Part shown: positions 52,963-63,360 of the stretch, in pieces
Position numbering within the stretch: the first letter of the stretch is position 1
Layout: the number at the start of each line of letters is the position of its first letter
NCBI GenBank assembly: GCA_965217865.1
Contig: CBDCJO010000002.1
Coordinates: 4,192,001 to 4,256,000 of the forward strand
DNA length: 64,000 nucleotides
Reading direction: 5' to 3'
Source: Candidatus Latescibacterota bacterium
GTDB lineage: Bacteria > Latescibacterota > UBA2968 > SICM01
The notes under the pieces: model-generated
What the model saw: only the letters and a program-made list of their open reading frames with translations
What the model was told of the DNA's origin: nothing
Database searches by the model: none
Position numbers and translations under genes: made by a program

Positions 52963-53375
52963 CAAGAAAAAGGGGGACCTTGGGGGGGGTTAGAAACAAA
53001 CAAAATGACTTTCCAATTAAAGAAGTCAACCTGTACTCTCAGTAACATAAATCATAATATCGGTTTTTGACGCGAAGCGAACTTGGGGGGAGTGGGGACA
53101 AACAAAATGACCCTTCAATTACGGAGTCTACCTGAACCCTCAATACCTCAGTCATATTATCGGTTTCTGGGCGCGACTCTGTCCCTCCTTATTAACGTTC
53201 CACCGGAGTCCGGTTAAGCCACGAGCCCTCTCGGTACAACACAAAATTCTGATTGCCATCTACATTTCGGCTTAGGCGCGCCCAGCCTCCGCGGCGTTTG
53301 AGCGGCATATGAGCAAGAAAAAGGGCGACCTTGGGGGGTGGGGTTGGATGAAAACAAGATGACTCTCGACTCTTG
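52961..53375. repeat. Interspersed composite repeat cluster
   Basis: Unit gcaagaaaaagggcgaccttgggggg..ggttggaagcaaacaaaatgactct..., also near 27209, 56210-57190 and 60590-61240. Confidence 0.85.
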
Positions 53376-53511
53376 ACACCCATCCCAGGCCAGCGATGGT
53401 GCCGCATTAAGGGTTAGGACACCAGCCTAACTTGACAGTCCAAACGGTTTCGCCTATATTCAATTTGAGGTTGAAATTCATAATTAATGGGAATTATTCC
53501 GTAAAATCGGG

Positions 53512-55266
53512 GTGAAATCACACTCAGGAAATTCAACGTTGCCCGCCTTCCGTGCCCTTATCTCCATTCTGATTTTTCTTTCCGGGGGCTGCGCCTCCAC
53601 CCTCCAGACCGTCTCTCCCGAACCCGAAACCGTAGTCCGAGAACCTGCGGATCCTCGCGCCGTGGAATTCCTGATCGCCGCAAAGGTCTATGAGTTTCAG
53701 GGGAAACACGCAAAGGCCGCTGCGGAACTCGAAAAGGCCGTGGCGATCGATTCATCCTCCGTGACACTATCCCGGGCACTCGTGGAAAACTATCTTCGAG
53801 CCAACAACCCCGGGGCGAGTCTTTCCGTTGCAAGGCGGGCGGTCTCTCTCGATTCATCCTCTGTTGAACTCCGATGGCTCTTCGTGACAGCGCTTCGGAA
53901 AACCGGGGATGACTCGACCGCCGCAGAGGAGATGGAATCGATCCTTGCCCTCGACCCCCAACAATTGGAGGCCTATACCCACCTGGCTGATTTCTACCGT
54001 CGAACAGCTCAACCCAATCGGTTGATCGCAGTCCTCGACCGCCTGAGACAACTGCCAAACCTGACGATTAACACCAGACTTCAAATAACCAGACAGTACG
54101 TTGAAGTCGACCTTCTCGACAAGGCGGAAGCCGAATGCAGGGCCATCCTTGAGGAACATCCTGAGACCGAACGGGCATGGCAGGCCCTTGGCCTGATCCA
54201 GATTGCCATGAAGGACTCCCTGGCTGCTGCGAAAACCTGCCGCAGGGCCCTATCCGCAACGCAGCTCAAGATGGACAGTCCTGTCCGCCAGTTCCTCGTT
54301 TCCCTCTATCGTACCAAAAACCTTCTTGACTCGACGCTCGAGGAGGTCCCTCCGGACACGACATTTCTTTCTGACCTGGGTCGCTCTTTCCTTGCTTCAC
54401 GGCTTTTTCCAGAGGCCACCCGGACCTTCGAAAGGATCATCTCTGCACCCCATCCATCCGTCCATCAATGGATCGACGCTGCGTTTGTATACGGGGCGCA
54501 GGGAAATATCGGGCGCTCTGCCGAGATACTCCGAAAAGCATTGGCCATGTTTCCGGACAACGACGGCCTGCTCTACCACTTCGGCCGAACCCTGATGGGG
54601 ATGGGGGAATTAGAGGAGGCGGAAGAGGCATTTCGGAAAGCTTATGCCCTCAACCCCGACCATCACGATTATCAATACGGTATCGGGCTTGTATACCAGC
54701 GACAGAAAAGGTGGTCGAATGCCGTCCAGACCTTTACCGATCTTTCGAGAAAGGTGCCGGAGCGGAGCATTCGGTATATCGATGTTCTCTTCGGCCTGGG
54801 GAGTAGCCTGGAACGATCCGGCCGGTTTGAAGATTCCGTGGAAGCATTCCAGAAGTTGATAAATCTTTCGCCGCGTCACGCGGAAGCCCTCAACTACCTG
54901 GGTTACATGTTTGCTGAAAAGGGAATACGCCTCGATGAGGCCGAAACCCTCGTCAAGCGGGCCCTTGCCGAAGATCCGGATAATGGGGCTTTCCTCGACA
55001 GCCTTGGATGGACGCACTACCAGCGAGGACAGTACAATGAGGCCGAGAAACTCCTGGATAAGGCGATTCACGCGGAGATCAAACGGAACGGAGATGAGGA
55101 CAGCATCTCCATCATATGGGAGCACATCGGGGACAATGCAATGACGCTCGGAAAACAACAAAAGGCCCTGGAGAGCTGGCAGAAGGCCATACAGGCAAAT
55201 CCCTCGAATAAAAAGATCGGGGAAAAGCTCCAGGCGTTGAAAAGGGAAATGCAAAATGGAAAGTGA
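53512..55266 (+). CDS. TPR-repeat lipoprotein
   Basis: Lipobox-like SGGC; TPR repeats; ALNYLGY...NGAFLDSLGW. Confidence 0.88.
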   Translation: MKSHSGNSTLPAFRALISILIFLSGGCASTLQTVSPEPETVVREPADPRAVEFLIAAKVYEFQGKHAKAAAELEKAVAIDSSSVTLSRALVENYLRANNPGASLSVARRAVSLDSSSVELRWLFVTALRKTGDDSTAAEEMESILALDPQQLEAYTHLADFYRRTAQPNRLIAVLDRLRQLPNLTINTRLQITRQYVEVDLLDKAEAECRAILEEHPETERAWQALGLIQIAMKDSLAAAKTCRRALSATQLKMDSPVRQFLVSLYRTKNLLDSTLEEVPPDTTFLSDLGRSFLASRLFPEATRTFERIISAPHPSVHQWIDAAFVYGAQGNIGRSAEILRKALAMFPDNDGLLYHFGRTLMGMGELEEAEEAFRKAYALNPDHHDYQYGIGLVYQRQKRWSNAVQTFTDLSRKVPERSIRYIDVLFGLGSSLERSGRFEDSVEAFQKLINLSPRHAEALNYLGYMFAEKGIRLDEAETLVKRALAEDPDNGAFLDSLGWTHYQRGQYNEAEKLLDKAIHAEIKRNGDEDSISIIWEHIGDNAMTLGKQQKALESWQKAIQANPSNKKIGEKLQALKREMQNGK

Positions 55267-56056
55267 AAAATGGAGATTGCAAAACAACCCCTTCCATTTT
55301 CCATTTTTCATTTTGCATGTTTCACTTTCCTTCCTCCTCCTCTCCTGCGCAGCTCCCAAGTCCCTCCAGCGGCAAGTCCCTTTCGAATCCGCTGCAGACC
55401 TCCTGCAGATCGTTTCCGACGACATCTCCCGGCTTCAGACCTTCGAGGGTGAAGCCCGGATATCCGTTCGCATCGAAGGGGTGAGACACAAGGCTTCGGC
55501 CATGGTCCTTTTCCGGCGGCCGGATCTGCTTAAGTTCGAGGTCACCGGGACCCTGGGCATGCGCCTCCTGACCGGGGTGGCCACTTCGGAAAGCCTCCGT
55601 ATCTTCCTCCCCCGAGTCGGCGATCTTTATGAGGGACCGGCGGACGGGGACATCCTTGAGCGGATCACAGGAGTGAACCTGAGCGCATGGCCTCCCTGGA
55701 AGGCCATGCTGGGTGTGGCCTCGTGCAATTCCCGCCCGGAAAGGGAAATCGAGAAACAGGGGGATCGACTCTTCGTGTGGACAGTTGGAGAAAAATTCAA
55801 ACGCCGGCTGACATTCGATAGGAAAAGTTTGACACTCGCGGCGGAGGAAATCTACGATGATGCTGGGGAAACGATCGCCAAAAGAACCATGTCGGACTAC
55901 CGATCGGTGAAAGGGGTGGTCCTTCCGCGACGGATCGCATTAATCCAGGGGGAGGACGAGATCAGACTCGATTACAAGACCTGGAAGATCAACGAAGAAA
56001 TGAGGGATGAAAGGCTGCGGCTGCGGTTGCCCAGGGAGGTGAATCGGGTTAAGTGA
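55256..56056 (+). CDS. Lipoprotein with LolA/LolB-like fold (DUF4292-like)
   Basis: LLSC lipobox; RPDLLKFE, DYRSVKGVVLPRRI; coupled to the TPR gene. Confidence 0.65.
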   Translation: MESEKWRLQNNPFHFPFFILHVSLSFLLLSCAAPKSLQRQVPFESAADLLQIVSDDISRLQTFEGEARISVRIEGVRHKASAMVLFRRPDLLKFEVTGTLGMRLLTGVATSESLRIFLPRVGDLYEGPADGDILERITGVNLSAWPPWKAMLGVASCNSRPEREIEKQGDRLFVWTVGEKFKRRLTFDRKSLTLAAEEIYDDAGETIAKRTMSDYRSVKGVVLPRRIALIQGEDEIRLDYKTWKINEEMRDERLRLRLPREVNRVK

Positions 56057-56089
56057 GGAGGAGCAGGGGCCGGGTTCCAGGTGCTAAGT

Positions 56090-57215
56090 GGATTGTTTCG
56101 AAAGCCACGTCCTGAGCCCTTCGGCTAGCTCAGGATGAACTCCGTAGCGCGTCAACGTTGCGGAGTCGAAGGAAGGCACTAAATTCTGATTGCATGTAGT
56201 GCCCGGCATGAGCAAGAAATTGGACGAACTTGGGGAAGGGGTTGGATGAAAACAAAATGACTCTCCAATCACGGAAGCCTAACGGTACTCTCATTGCCTG
56301 AATCATACTATTGGTTTTTGGGCGCGACTCTGTCCCTCCTTTGAACGTACCGCCCAGCCTCGGCTTCCGGTTTTGACTTTCCCGGCCTGACCTCTTGCCC
56401 CTGATCCGGCCTTTCCATGGTCCCCGACCTCTGGCCCCTGACTTTTCCAATTTTCTTTTTTCTTTTTTCATTTCCATGGCCTCCGCGGCGCTGCGAACTT
56501 AGGTGTTAGCTAGAAAAAAAGCGACTTGGGAGGAGTGGAGACAAACGAAATGACTCTCCAATCACGGAAGCCTAACGGTACTCTCAGTACCTGAATCATA
56601 TTATCGGTTTTGGGGCGCGACGCTGTCCCTCCTTATTAACCTTCCACCCAAAGCACGGTAAAGGCACAAGCCCTCTCGGGACCACACAAAATCCTGATTG
56701 CCATCTTACACTTCGGCTTCGGCGCGCCCAGCCTCCGCGGCGTTTGAGCAGAGCATGTCCTGAGCGGAGCGGCGGTTTTGCCGCGTAGTCGAAGGATCCT
56801 TCTTTTTCAGCCCTTTTTCTAGGATGAGCAAGAAAAAGGGCGACCTGGGGGAGGGGTTGGAAGCAAACAAAATGACTCTTCAATTACAGAAGTCTACCCG
56901 TACTCTCAGTACCTGAATCATATGCTCGGTTTTTGGGCGCGACTCTGTCCCTCCTTTTTAATGTTCCACTGGGGCCCGGTTAAGTCACGATCCCTCTCGG
57001 AACCACACAAAATTCTGATTGCTATCCTACATTCCGGCTTAGGCGCGCCCAGCCTCCGCGGCGTTTGAGCAGAGCATGTCCTGAGCGGAGCGGCGGTTTT
57101 GCCGCGTAGTCGAAGGATCCTTCTTTTTCAGCCCTTTTTCTAGGATGAGCAAGAAAAAGGGCGACCTGGGGGGAGGGGTTGGAAGCAGGACATCAATCCC
57201 AGGCCAGCGGTGTTG
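56090..57215. repeat. Tandem composite repeat/REP cluster
   Basis: 56726-56860 is repeated at 57046-57185; 56580-56750 recurs near-identically at 60690-60862. Confidence 0.88.
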
Positions 57216-57256
57216 TTAAATGAAAGGCTAATTCCGGTACACTCCACTGGTTCCCT

Positions 57257-58093
57257 TCACACCGCCATCTCCGCTTTAATCGCAGGATGATGCCGGTAAT
57301 CGATCAGTTCAAAATCATCAAAACCAAAATCTTCGATCGTTTTCTGTCCCCTCTCGTTGATCTGGAGTGCGGGCAGGGGGAAAGGGATCCGCTTCAACTG
57401 CTCCTTCACGGCATCGATATGGTTCAGGTAAATGTGGGTGTCCCCGAGGGTATGGATGAATTCGTGAGGCTCCAGGTTTGTGATCTTTGCGACCATATGG
57501 AGCAGGAGGGAGTAGGAGGCGATGTTCAAAGGAACGCCCAGGAACATGTCGCACGAGCGCTGGTACATCTGGAGAGACAACCGGTTTCCTTCAACGTAGA
57601 ACTGAAAGAAGGAATGACACGGAGGAAGCGCGACCTCCTTCGGGTCCGCCTCAGCGGCGTTCCAGGCATCCACGATGATCCGCCTCGAGTCCGGATTGTC
57701 CCGGATAGTGTCGATGGCCTCCTGTAGCTGATCGACCGTCCGGTCCACCCCCCGCCATTTCCGCCACTGCACACCGTAGATCCTCCCCATCGACCCGTCC
57801 CCCTCCGACCTCCCGGTTCTTTTCAAATAATCTCTGTAATTTCCGTCCCAGAGCTTGTTATGGGGATAGATCTTTTTGAGATCGTTGATGTTGTCGGATC
57901 CCGAGATGAACCAGAGCAGTTCGGAGACCATCGATTTCCATACCAGCCTTTTGGTCGTCACGGCCGGAAAGCCATCGCTCATAAGAAACCGATCCTGGAA
58001 GCCGAAGCACGAGATGACCCCCACTCCGGTCCGATCCTTCTTCTCAGTCCCGTGATCCAGAATATATCGCAACTGGTCTAAATAGGTCTTCAC
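57257..58093 (-). CDS. thyA: Thymidylate synthase
   Basis: DRTGVG, LPPCH, YQRSCDMFLGVPLN, GDTHIYLNH. Confidence 0.96.
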   Translation of the reverse strand: MKTYLDQLRYILDHGTEKKDRTGVGVISCFGFQDRFLMSDGFPAVTTKRLVWKSMVSELLWFISGSDNINDLKKIYPHNKLWDGNYRDYLKRTGRSEGDGSMGRIYGVQWRKWRGVDRTVDQLQEAIDTIRDNPDSRRIIVDAWNAAEADPKEVALPPCHSFFQFYVEGNRLSLQMYQRSCDMFLGVPLNIASYSLLLHMVAKITNLEPHEFIHTLGDTHIYLNHIDAVKEQLKRIPFPLPALQINERGQKTIEDFGFDDFELIDYRHHPAIKAEMAV

Positions 58094-58172
58094 GTTGCCC
58101 CCCCAAACCGCAGTTGCTGTCCGATCTATAGCTGGAACTCTTTTGACATTTCATCATCCCTCACCCTTTTCT

Positions 58173-59315
58173 TCATTTTTCCCTTCCATACCTCCTCCCC
58201 TTCCAAACAAATCCTCCAAAACTCCCAGCTATCCCTGCGAAGACGATATAAGGATATTGAAGAATCGTCCAGATCGGAAAGACCCACAAAAGATCGAAAC
58301 GCTTGAAAAGGGAAGCCCCGCGAACCAGGACGACGAAGTCCGCCAGCGATTTCGTCAGAAAGCAGAGGAGGGAAACGCTTAAAAAATTGCCCTGGTAGAG
58401 TGCATGGACCAGGGCAACCGGAATTAGAAGATGGGTGAGGAAAAGCGATGCGATATAAAGGAAAAAGGGTCTGTTTAATCGGACTTGATAGGCCGCGTTC
58501 GAAGCCCATCGCGACCGCTGCCCGAGGAATCCGGGGAGGGACTCGACCCGATCCGTGGTGTTAAACGACCCGGGGTCCGTGTTAAAAACGATCCGTCCAA
58601 GCCCTGTCCGGCGAAACAGCTGGAGAAGCAGGACGTCGTCCCCCGACGGCCTTTGCGCGATATCCCGGAACCCCCCCGAAGCCTCGAACAGGGACCGCAG
58701 GTATGCCAGGTTCTGGCCCGATGCTGCCCACGGAACACCGAGGTTCGCTGCTCCGGCTGCAGCGGACATGAGCGCCAGAAAATCGACCCCCTGCAATTTC
58801 TGGATCAACGTGTGGCTGTTCGAACGGTTGACTTGGGAGAACCCGATGACCCCTACGACCCCGGGTCCGAAACAGGCTGCGGTGGACGCAACCCAAGTCG
58901 GGGGAACCCGGCAGTCCGCATCGGTCGTCATCACCACCTCGCCCCGACTCCCCCGGATTCCCGCGTTCATCGGCCGCTTTTTGGCCTTCAGCCCCTCATC
59001 CTCAGGTCCGGGGGTCAACACCCGAACTTGAGCGTTCCGTTCGCGGAACCCCTCCACCACCTCCCGGGTACCGTCTTCCGAGTCATCGTCCACCACGATG
59101 ATCTCAAAACGATTCGCCGGATAGGTTTGCCGAACAAGACTCTCGAGACATTCGCCGATAAACGATTCTTCGTTCCGCGCGGCAACCACGACCGAAATAA
59201 ATGGTTGGGCGACCACCCCTCCCTTCCGGTTCCGGAACATTCCGATAACGAAAAACAACGAAGCAACAACAGTTAAACTTGTGACTGAGATCAGAACCTG
59301 ATCCAGAAGGGTCAC
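58173..59315 (-). CDS. Family 2 glycosyltransferase (membrane)
   Basis: SVVVAARNEE, VDDDSED, TTDADC, SGDD, QRSRW; GTG start overlaps the radical SAM stop. Confidence 0.88.
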   Translation of the reverse strand: MTLLDQVLISVTSLTVVASLFFVIGMFRNRKGGVVAQPFISVVVAARNEESFIGECLESLVRQTYPANRFEIIVVDDDSEDGTREVVEGFRERNAQVRVLTPGPEDEGLKAKKRPMNAGIRGSRGEVVMTTDADCRVPPTWVASTAACFGPGVVGVIGFSQVNRSNSHTLIQKLQGVDFLALMSAAAGAANLGVPWAASGQNLAYLRSLFEASGGFRDIAQRPSGDDVLLLQLFRRTGLGRIVFNTDPGSFNTTDRVESLPGFLGQRSRWASNAAYQVRLNRPFFLYIASLFLTHLLIPVALVHALYQGNFLSVSLLCFLTKSLADFVVLVRGASLFKRFDLLWVFPIWTILQYPYIVFAGIAGSFGGFVWKGRRYGREK

Positions 59316-60370
59316 TTTCGGATGTCCTCGATGTCGAAGAACTGGTCCTTCAACCCTTCGGAGCAGTTGCTGCACATCGGGATGCTCGCACGATCTGAGA
59401 GGACCCTGTTCCTGAAGTCCCGGTACGCCGTCCCTTCCCAAACCTCTGAAAGGCTCTGTCCCTGAACCGCATTGCCAAGGCTGTGCCTCCCGTCCTTGTC
59501 GAAACAACACGGAGATACAGAGCCGTCCCAGTTGACCACAGTGCTGTACCAGAGATGTTTGCAGCTGTTCACTACGGGTGCCTTGGTCACCAGCCCCTCC
59601 ACGCCATAGCGATAACGGCTGTGCCGCTCTTCCGTCGGGAGATAGAGATCCCGATCGGTTTCGGTATAGACCTGTGCAGTCTTCAGGGAGATCCGATCCG
59701 CCCCCAGCCGGCGGCCAAGGCTTCGCGCCTCGTCGATCTCTCCCTCATTATGCTTCATGATGATGAACTGTAGATGGATGACCGGGTGATCCGCCCTCAT
59801 GTCATGCTTTGCCTGGCACAGGGTGCGAATCCCCTCGACCACCCGATTGAAGTTCCCACCGACCCGGTACTTCGCGTAGGACGCTTCGGTCGTACCGTCC
59901 AGAGACACGATGATCTCGTCGAGCCCGGATGACACGATTTCGCGGGCGTCCTCCTGAGATCGAATGAAGTGGACATTCGTGCTCGTAATCGTCGGGATGC
60001 GTTTTGACTTTGCATACCGGACCATATCCAGAAGATCTTTGTTGATAAACGGCTCCCCCTGGTTCCAGAGCATCAGCAGAAAGATGTAGTCCGAGGCCTC
60101 GTCCAGGATGTGGTAGAAGTGTGTCAACGCCATATTCCCACGGCCTCGCCCCAGTGTATCGTTTCCGGACGGACAGAGGGGACACCGCAGGTTGCAGAAA
60201 CTCGTCGGTTCGATCATCAGCACGCATGGCCGTCCAAAACGAAGGTCCCGCCTGAACATTCGGGAGAGGCTGTATGAAGTCACGACCTTTCCGAAGTTCC
60301 ATGCCCTGCGCCACGTAAGGGAGCTACGGTAACGAAGGACCGCATCGGGAAGTAATTTCCAGGAGAACAT
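59312..60370 (-). CDS. Radical SAM protein with SPASM/Twitch domain
   Basis: CNLRCPLC; GEP; C-terminal CKHLW...GSVSPCC...CSNC. Confidence 0.92.
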   Translation of the reverse strand: MFSWKLLPDAVLRYRSSLTWRRAWNFGKVVTSYSLSRMFRRDLRFGRPCVLMIEPTSFCNLRCPLCPSGNDTLGRGRGNMALTHFYHILDEASDYIFLLMLWNQGEPFINKDLLDMVRYAKSKRIPTITSTNVHFIRSQEDAREIVSSGLDEIIVSLDGTTEASYAKYRVGGNFNRVVEGIRTLCQAKHDMRADHPVIHLQFIIMKHNEGEIDEARSLGRRLGADRISLKTAQVYTETDRDLYLPTEERHSRYRYGVEGLVTKAPVVNSCKHLWYSTVVNWDGSVSPCCFDKDGRHSLGNAVQGQSLSEVWEGTAYRDFRNRVLSDRASIPMCSNCSEGLKDQFFDIEDIRK

Positions 60371-60489
60371 AAGAAGATTGGTGAGTGGTGTACGGTGAGT
60401 GTTCAGTGGTGACACGTAATTCTTGAGTCATCACCGAATCAAGTTCGACATAAAACGCAGACGGGTCAACCCTATTCTTCTCTCTACTA

Positions 60490-61250
60490 GTGATTGTTTC
60501 GAAAGCCACGTCCTGAGCGGAGCAGCGCTTCAGCGCTGCGTAGGCGAAGGAGATCTTTCTTTTTGCGTCCTTTTTCTTAGGGATGTGGGTTGCGAGCAAG
60601 CGAGCACGGTGGGTGGTAACAAAAAAAAAGGACGACCTGGGGGAGAGAATGTAAGCAAACAAAAGACTCTCCAATTATGGAAGTCTACCTGTACTCACAG
60701 TACCTGAATCATATTATCGGTTTTTGGGCGCGACGCTGTCCCTCCTTATTAACCTTCCACCCAAAGCACGGTAAAGGCACAAGCCCTCTCGGGACCACAC
60801 AAAATCCTGATTGCCATCTTACACTTCGGCTTCGGCGCGCCCAGCCTCCGCGGCGTTTGAGCGGCATCCTTCTTTTTCAGCCCTTTTTCTAGGATGAGCA
60901 AGAAAAAGGGCGACCTTGGGGGGTGGGGTTGGAAGCAAACAAATTGCTCTCCAATTACGGAAGCCTAACGGCACTTTCAGTACCTGAGTCATATTATCGG
61001 TTTTGGGCGCGACACGGTTTCATTGCATTTTTCATTTTTCATTTTGCATTTCCATGGCCTCCGCGGCGTTTGAGCAGAGCCTGTCCTGAGCGGAGCGGCG
61101 CATCAGCGCCGCGTAGTCGAAGGATCTTTCATTTTGGCACTTTTTCTAACGAGCAAGAAAAAGTGCGAACTTGGAGGTAGGGTGAGATCAAACGAGCAAT
61201 GGTGGGGTGGTAGCAAGAGAAAGGGCGATCTGGGGGAGGGGTGTGGGGGT
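60490..61250. repeat. Composite repeat/REP cluster
   Basis: Same modules as 27155-27260, 52961-53375 and 56090-57215. Confidence 0.85.
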
Positions 61251-61284
61251 TAGGTCCGACCCCCGACGCCTGACCCCCGATTTC

Positions 61285-62442
61285 CTACCATTTGAATTTT
61301 TTCAACCCTCCCAGTATGCTGAAGACGACCACATACGGAATATACACGGCTTCCAGGAGGGGAAAATATCTCAACGTGCGGGAGGAACCCATCAGCCGCT
61401 TCGCCCGGAAAAGGAAGGCCAGGTCCACCGTGCACTTGGCCGTCATCCCGATGCCGACCGGGGTCAATATCCCCGATAAGAAAATGGCTGGAGGAATTCC
61501 AGCCAGGAGCAACAGGTGAAACAGGTATATCGCCCCCGCCAGATAAAAGATCGGCCCCCCATAGTGGCGGGCTTTGGAGGCATGTCGAGCCTTCTGATGA
61601 TAAAGATCCGTCGGGGAAATCGAACTGGGCGCGGTTGGCACAATCGTTTCCGATTCCGTGGCATAGCAGATCTTCCAGGGGGTATCCGTGGCGATCATAC
61701 GCATCAGAAGGACATCGTCACCCCCTATGATATGCCCGACTCGATCGAATCCTCCGACCGCTTCGAAGGCCGAGCGCCGATAGGCCAGGTTCCGCCCGGT
61801 GCAGGACAATGGAACACCGACCCCGATGCTCCCCGCGGCCAGTCCAGCCTTGGCCAAGGCCTCAAGCGCCAGGACCCCATAGGTCAATCCCCTCTGCGAT
61901 TCCGGAGGTGAATGACCGGCCACCATTCCGACATCGGGGTTGAAGTGTCTGACCATGCCTGCTAGCCATCCCGGGCCCGGCCTGCAATCTGAATCCGTCG
62001 TGAGTAAGATTTCCCCCCGGCTGCGGGAAATCCCGAGCGCCAGGGCATTTTTTTTCCGGCAGAAATATCCCTGCTCTTTCACCTGCAGGACCTGGACGCA
62101 GGACTGCAGACCTTCGTAGCGTCGCGCAATCTCAAGCGTACGGTCAACGGAACGGTCGTCTACCACGATCACCTCGAAGCGGTCCGCCGGGTAATCCTGT
62201 GCGATCAAGCCCTCCAGACACCAACCGATCCGGTCCTCTTCGTCCCGGGTTGCAACAACCACGGAGACGAAAGGGCCGTGCGAGGCCTTTCCCTGCTTGA
62301 GCCGGGACATCCCGAAGGCCAGTGCCAGCACTGAAAAGCAATATATCCCTCCGGAGATTCCGATCATCCAGGAAATCAACTCCAAGAGGGATATATGAAA
62401 AGGATAGCTCTCTAGAAATTGAAAAATGAAAAGGAATAACAA
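61285..62442 (-). CDS. Family 2 glycosyltransferase (membrane)
   Basis: SVVVATRDEE, VDDRSVD, TTDSDC, GGDD; paralog of 58173-59315; start uncertain. Confidence 0.88.
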   Translation of the reverse strand: MLFLFIFQFLESYPFHISLLELISWMIGISGGIYCFSVLALAFGMSRLKQGKASHGPFVSVVVATRDEEDRIGWCLEGLIAQDYPADRFEVIVVDDRSVDRTLEIARRYEGLQSCVQVLQVKEQGYFCRKKNALALGISRSRGEILLTTDSDCRPGPGWLAGMVRHFNPDVGMVAGHSPPESQRGLTYGVLALEALAKAGLAAGSIGVGVPLSCTGRNLAYRRSAFEAVGGFDRVGHIIGGDDVLLMRMIATDTPWKICYATESETIVPTAPSSISPTDLYHQKARHASKARHYGGPIFYLAGAIYLFHLLLLAGIPPAIFLSGILTPVGIGMTAKCTVDLAFLFRAKRLMGSSRTLRYFPLLEAVYIPYVVVFSILGGLKKFKW

Positions 62443-62526
62443 AGCTCACTCCAATTCATCACACGACCCAAGTTCCAAGTTAAACCCTTCATCCTCAACC
62501 CTTACCGTTCAACGTTTAAACCACTC

Positions 62527-63291
62527 TCATGTCTCCGACCCCTTATCTCCGATCATCTTTAAGATATCGATCGGAAGCGGGAATACGATCGTGGAGGTCT
62601 TGTCCATGGCGATCTCGGTCAGGGTCTGAAGGTATCTGAGCTGGATCGCCGCCGGGGCGCGGCCGATCACCTCCGCCGCCTGGGTCAATCGCTCTGAGGC
62701 CTGGAATTCACCTTCCGCGTGGATCACCTTGGCCCGACGTTCCCGCTCGGCTTCAGCCTGGCGCGCAATGGCACGCCTCATCCCCTCGGGCAGGTCCACA
62801 TCCTTCACCTCCACCGCCGATACCTTGACCCCCCACGGTGCGGTCCGTTCGTCGATGATCCGCTGAAGCTGCTGATTGATCAGCTCCCTGCTTGCCAGCA
62901 GATCGTCAAGTTCGTGTTCCCCCAGTACGCTCCGGAGGGTCGTCTGCGCCATCTGGGACGTCGCAAAGAAGTAGTCCTCCACGTTCACCACCGCGTCCTC
63001 CGCCTTTATCACCCGGAAGTATAACACCGCGTTCACCTTGATCGAGACATTGTCCTTGGTGATCACATCCTGAGGGGGCACATCCATTGCGAGCACCCGC
63101 AGGCTGACCCGGACCATCCGGTCAACGATCGGGATCAGAAGGATCAGACCCGGTCCCTTTTCCCTGAGGAGTCGACCCAGGCGAAAGATGACCCCGCGTT
63201 CGTATTCCCGAAGCACTTTGATCGCATTCGCGAGGATCATCACGGCAATCGTCAGTATGACGATGAATCCTGGAATCCAAGACGGTATCAT
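62527..63291 (-). CDS. SPFH/band 7 (slipin/stomatin-like) protein
   Basis: [41 protein letters not shown]. Confidence 0.93.
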   Translation of the reverse strand: MIPSWIPGFIVILTIAVMILANAIKVLREYERGVIFRLGRLLREKGPGLILLIPIVDRMVRVSLRVLAMDVPPQDVITKDNVSIKVNAVLYFRVIKAEDAVVNVEDYFFATSQMAQTTLRSVLGEHELDDLLASRELINQQLQRIIDERTAPWGVKVSAVEVKDVDLPEGMRRAIARQAEAERERRAKVIHAEGEFQASERLTQAAEVIGRAPAAIQLRYLQTLTEIAMDKTSTIVFPLPIDILKMIGDKGSET

Positions 63292-63360
63292 ATCGAGTTC
63301 CTTTCGGGAAAAAGATAGAAATGGATCGAAATTTATTCGTTTAAATTCAGCAGATCTTTC

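Noticed and set aside
56090-57215. Possible CRISPR array
   Set aside because: Units are long and degenerate, with no constant short repeat plus unique spacers, and no cas genes.
59316-59510. N-terminal extension of the GT2 ORF
   Set aside because: It overlaps the radical SAM gene; the GTG at 59315 gives a coupled start and a normal TM N-terminus.
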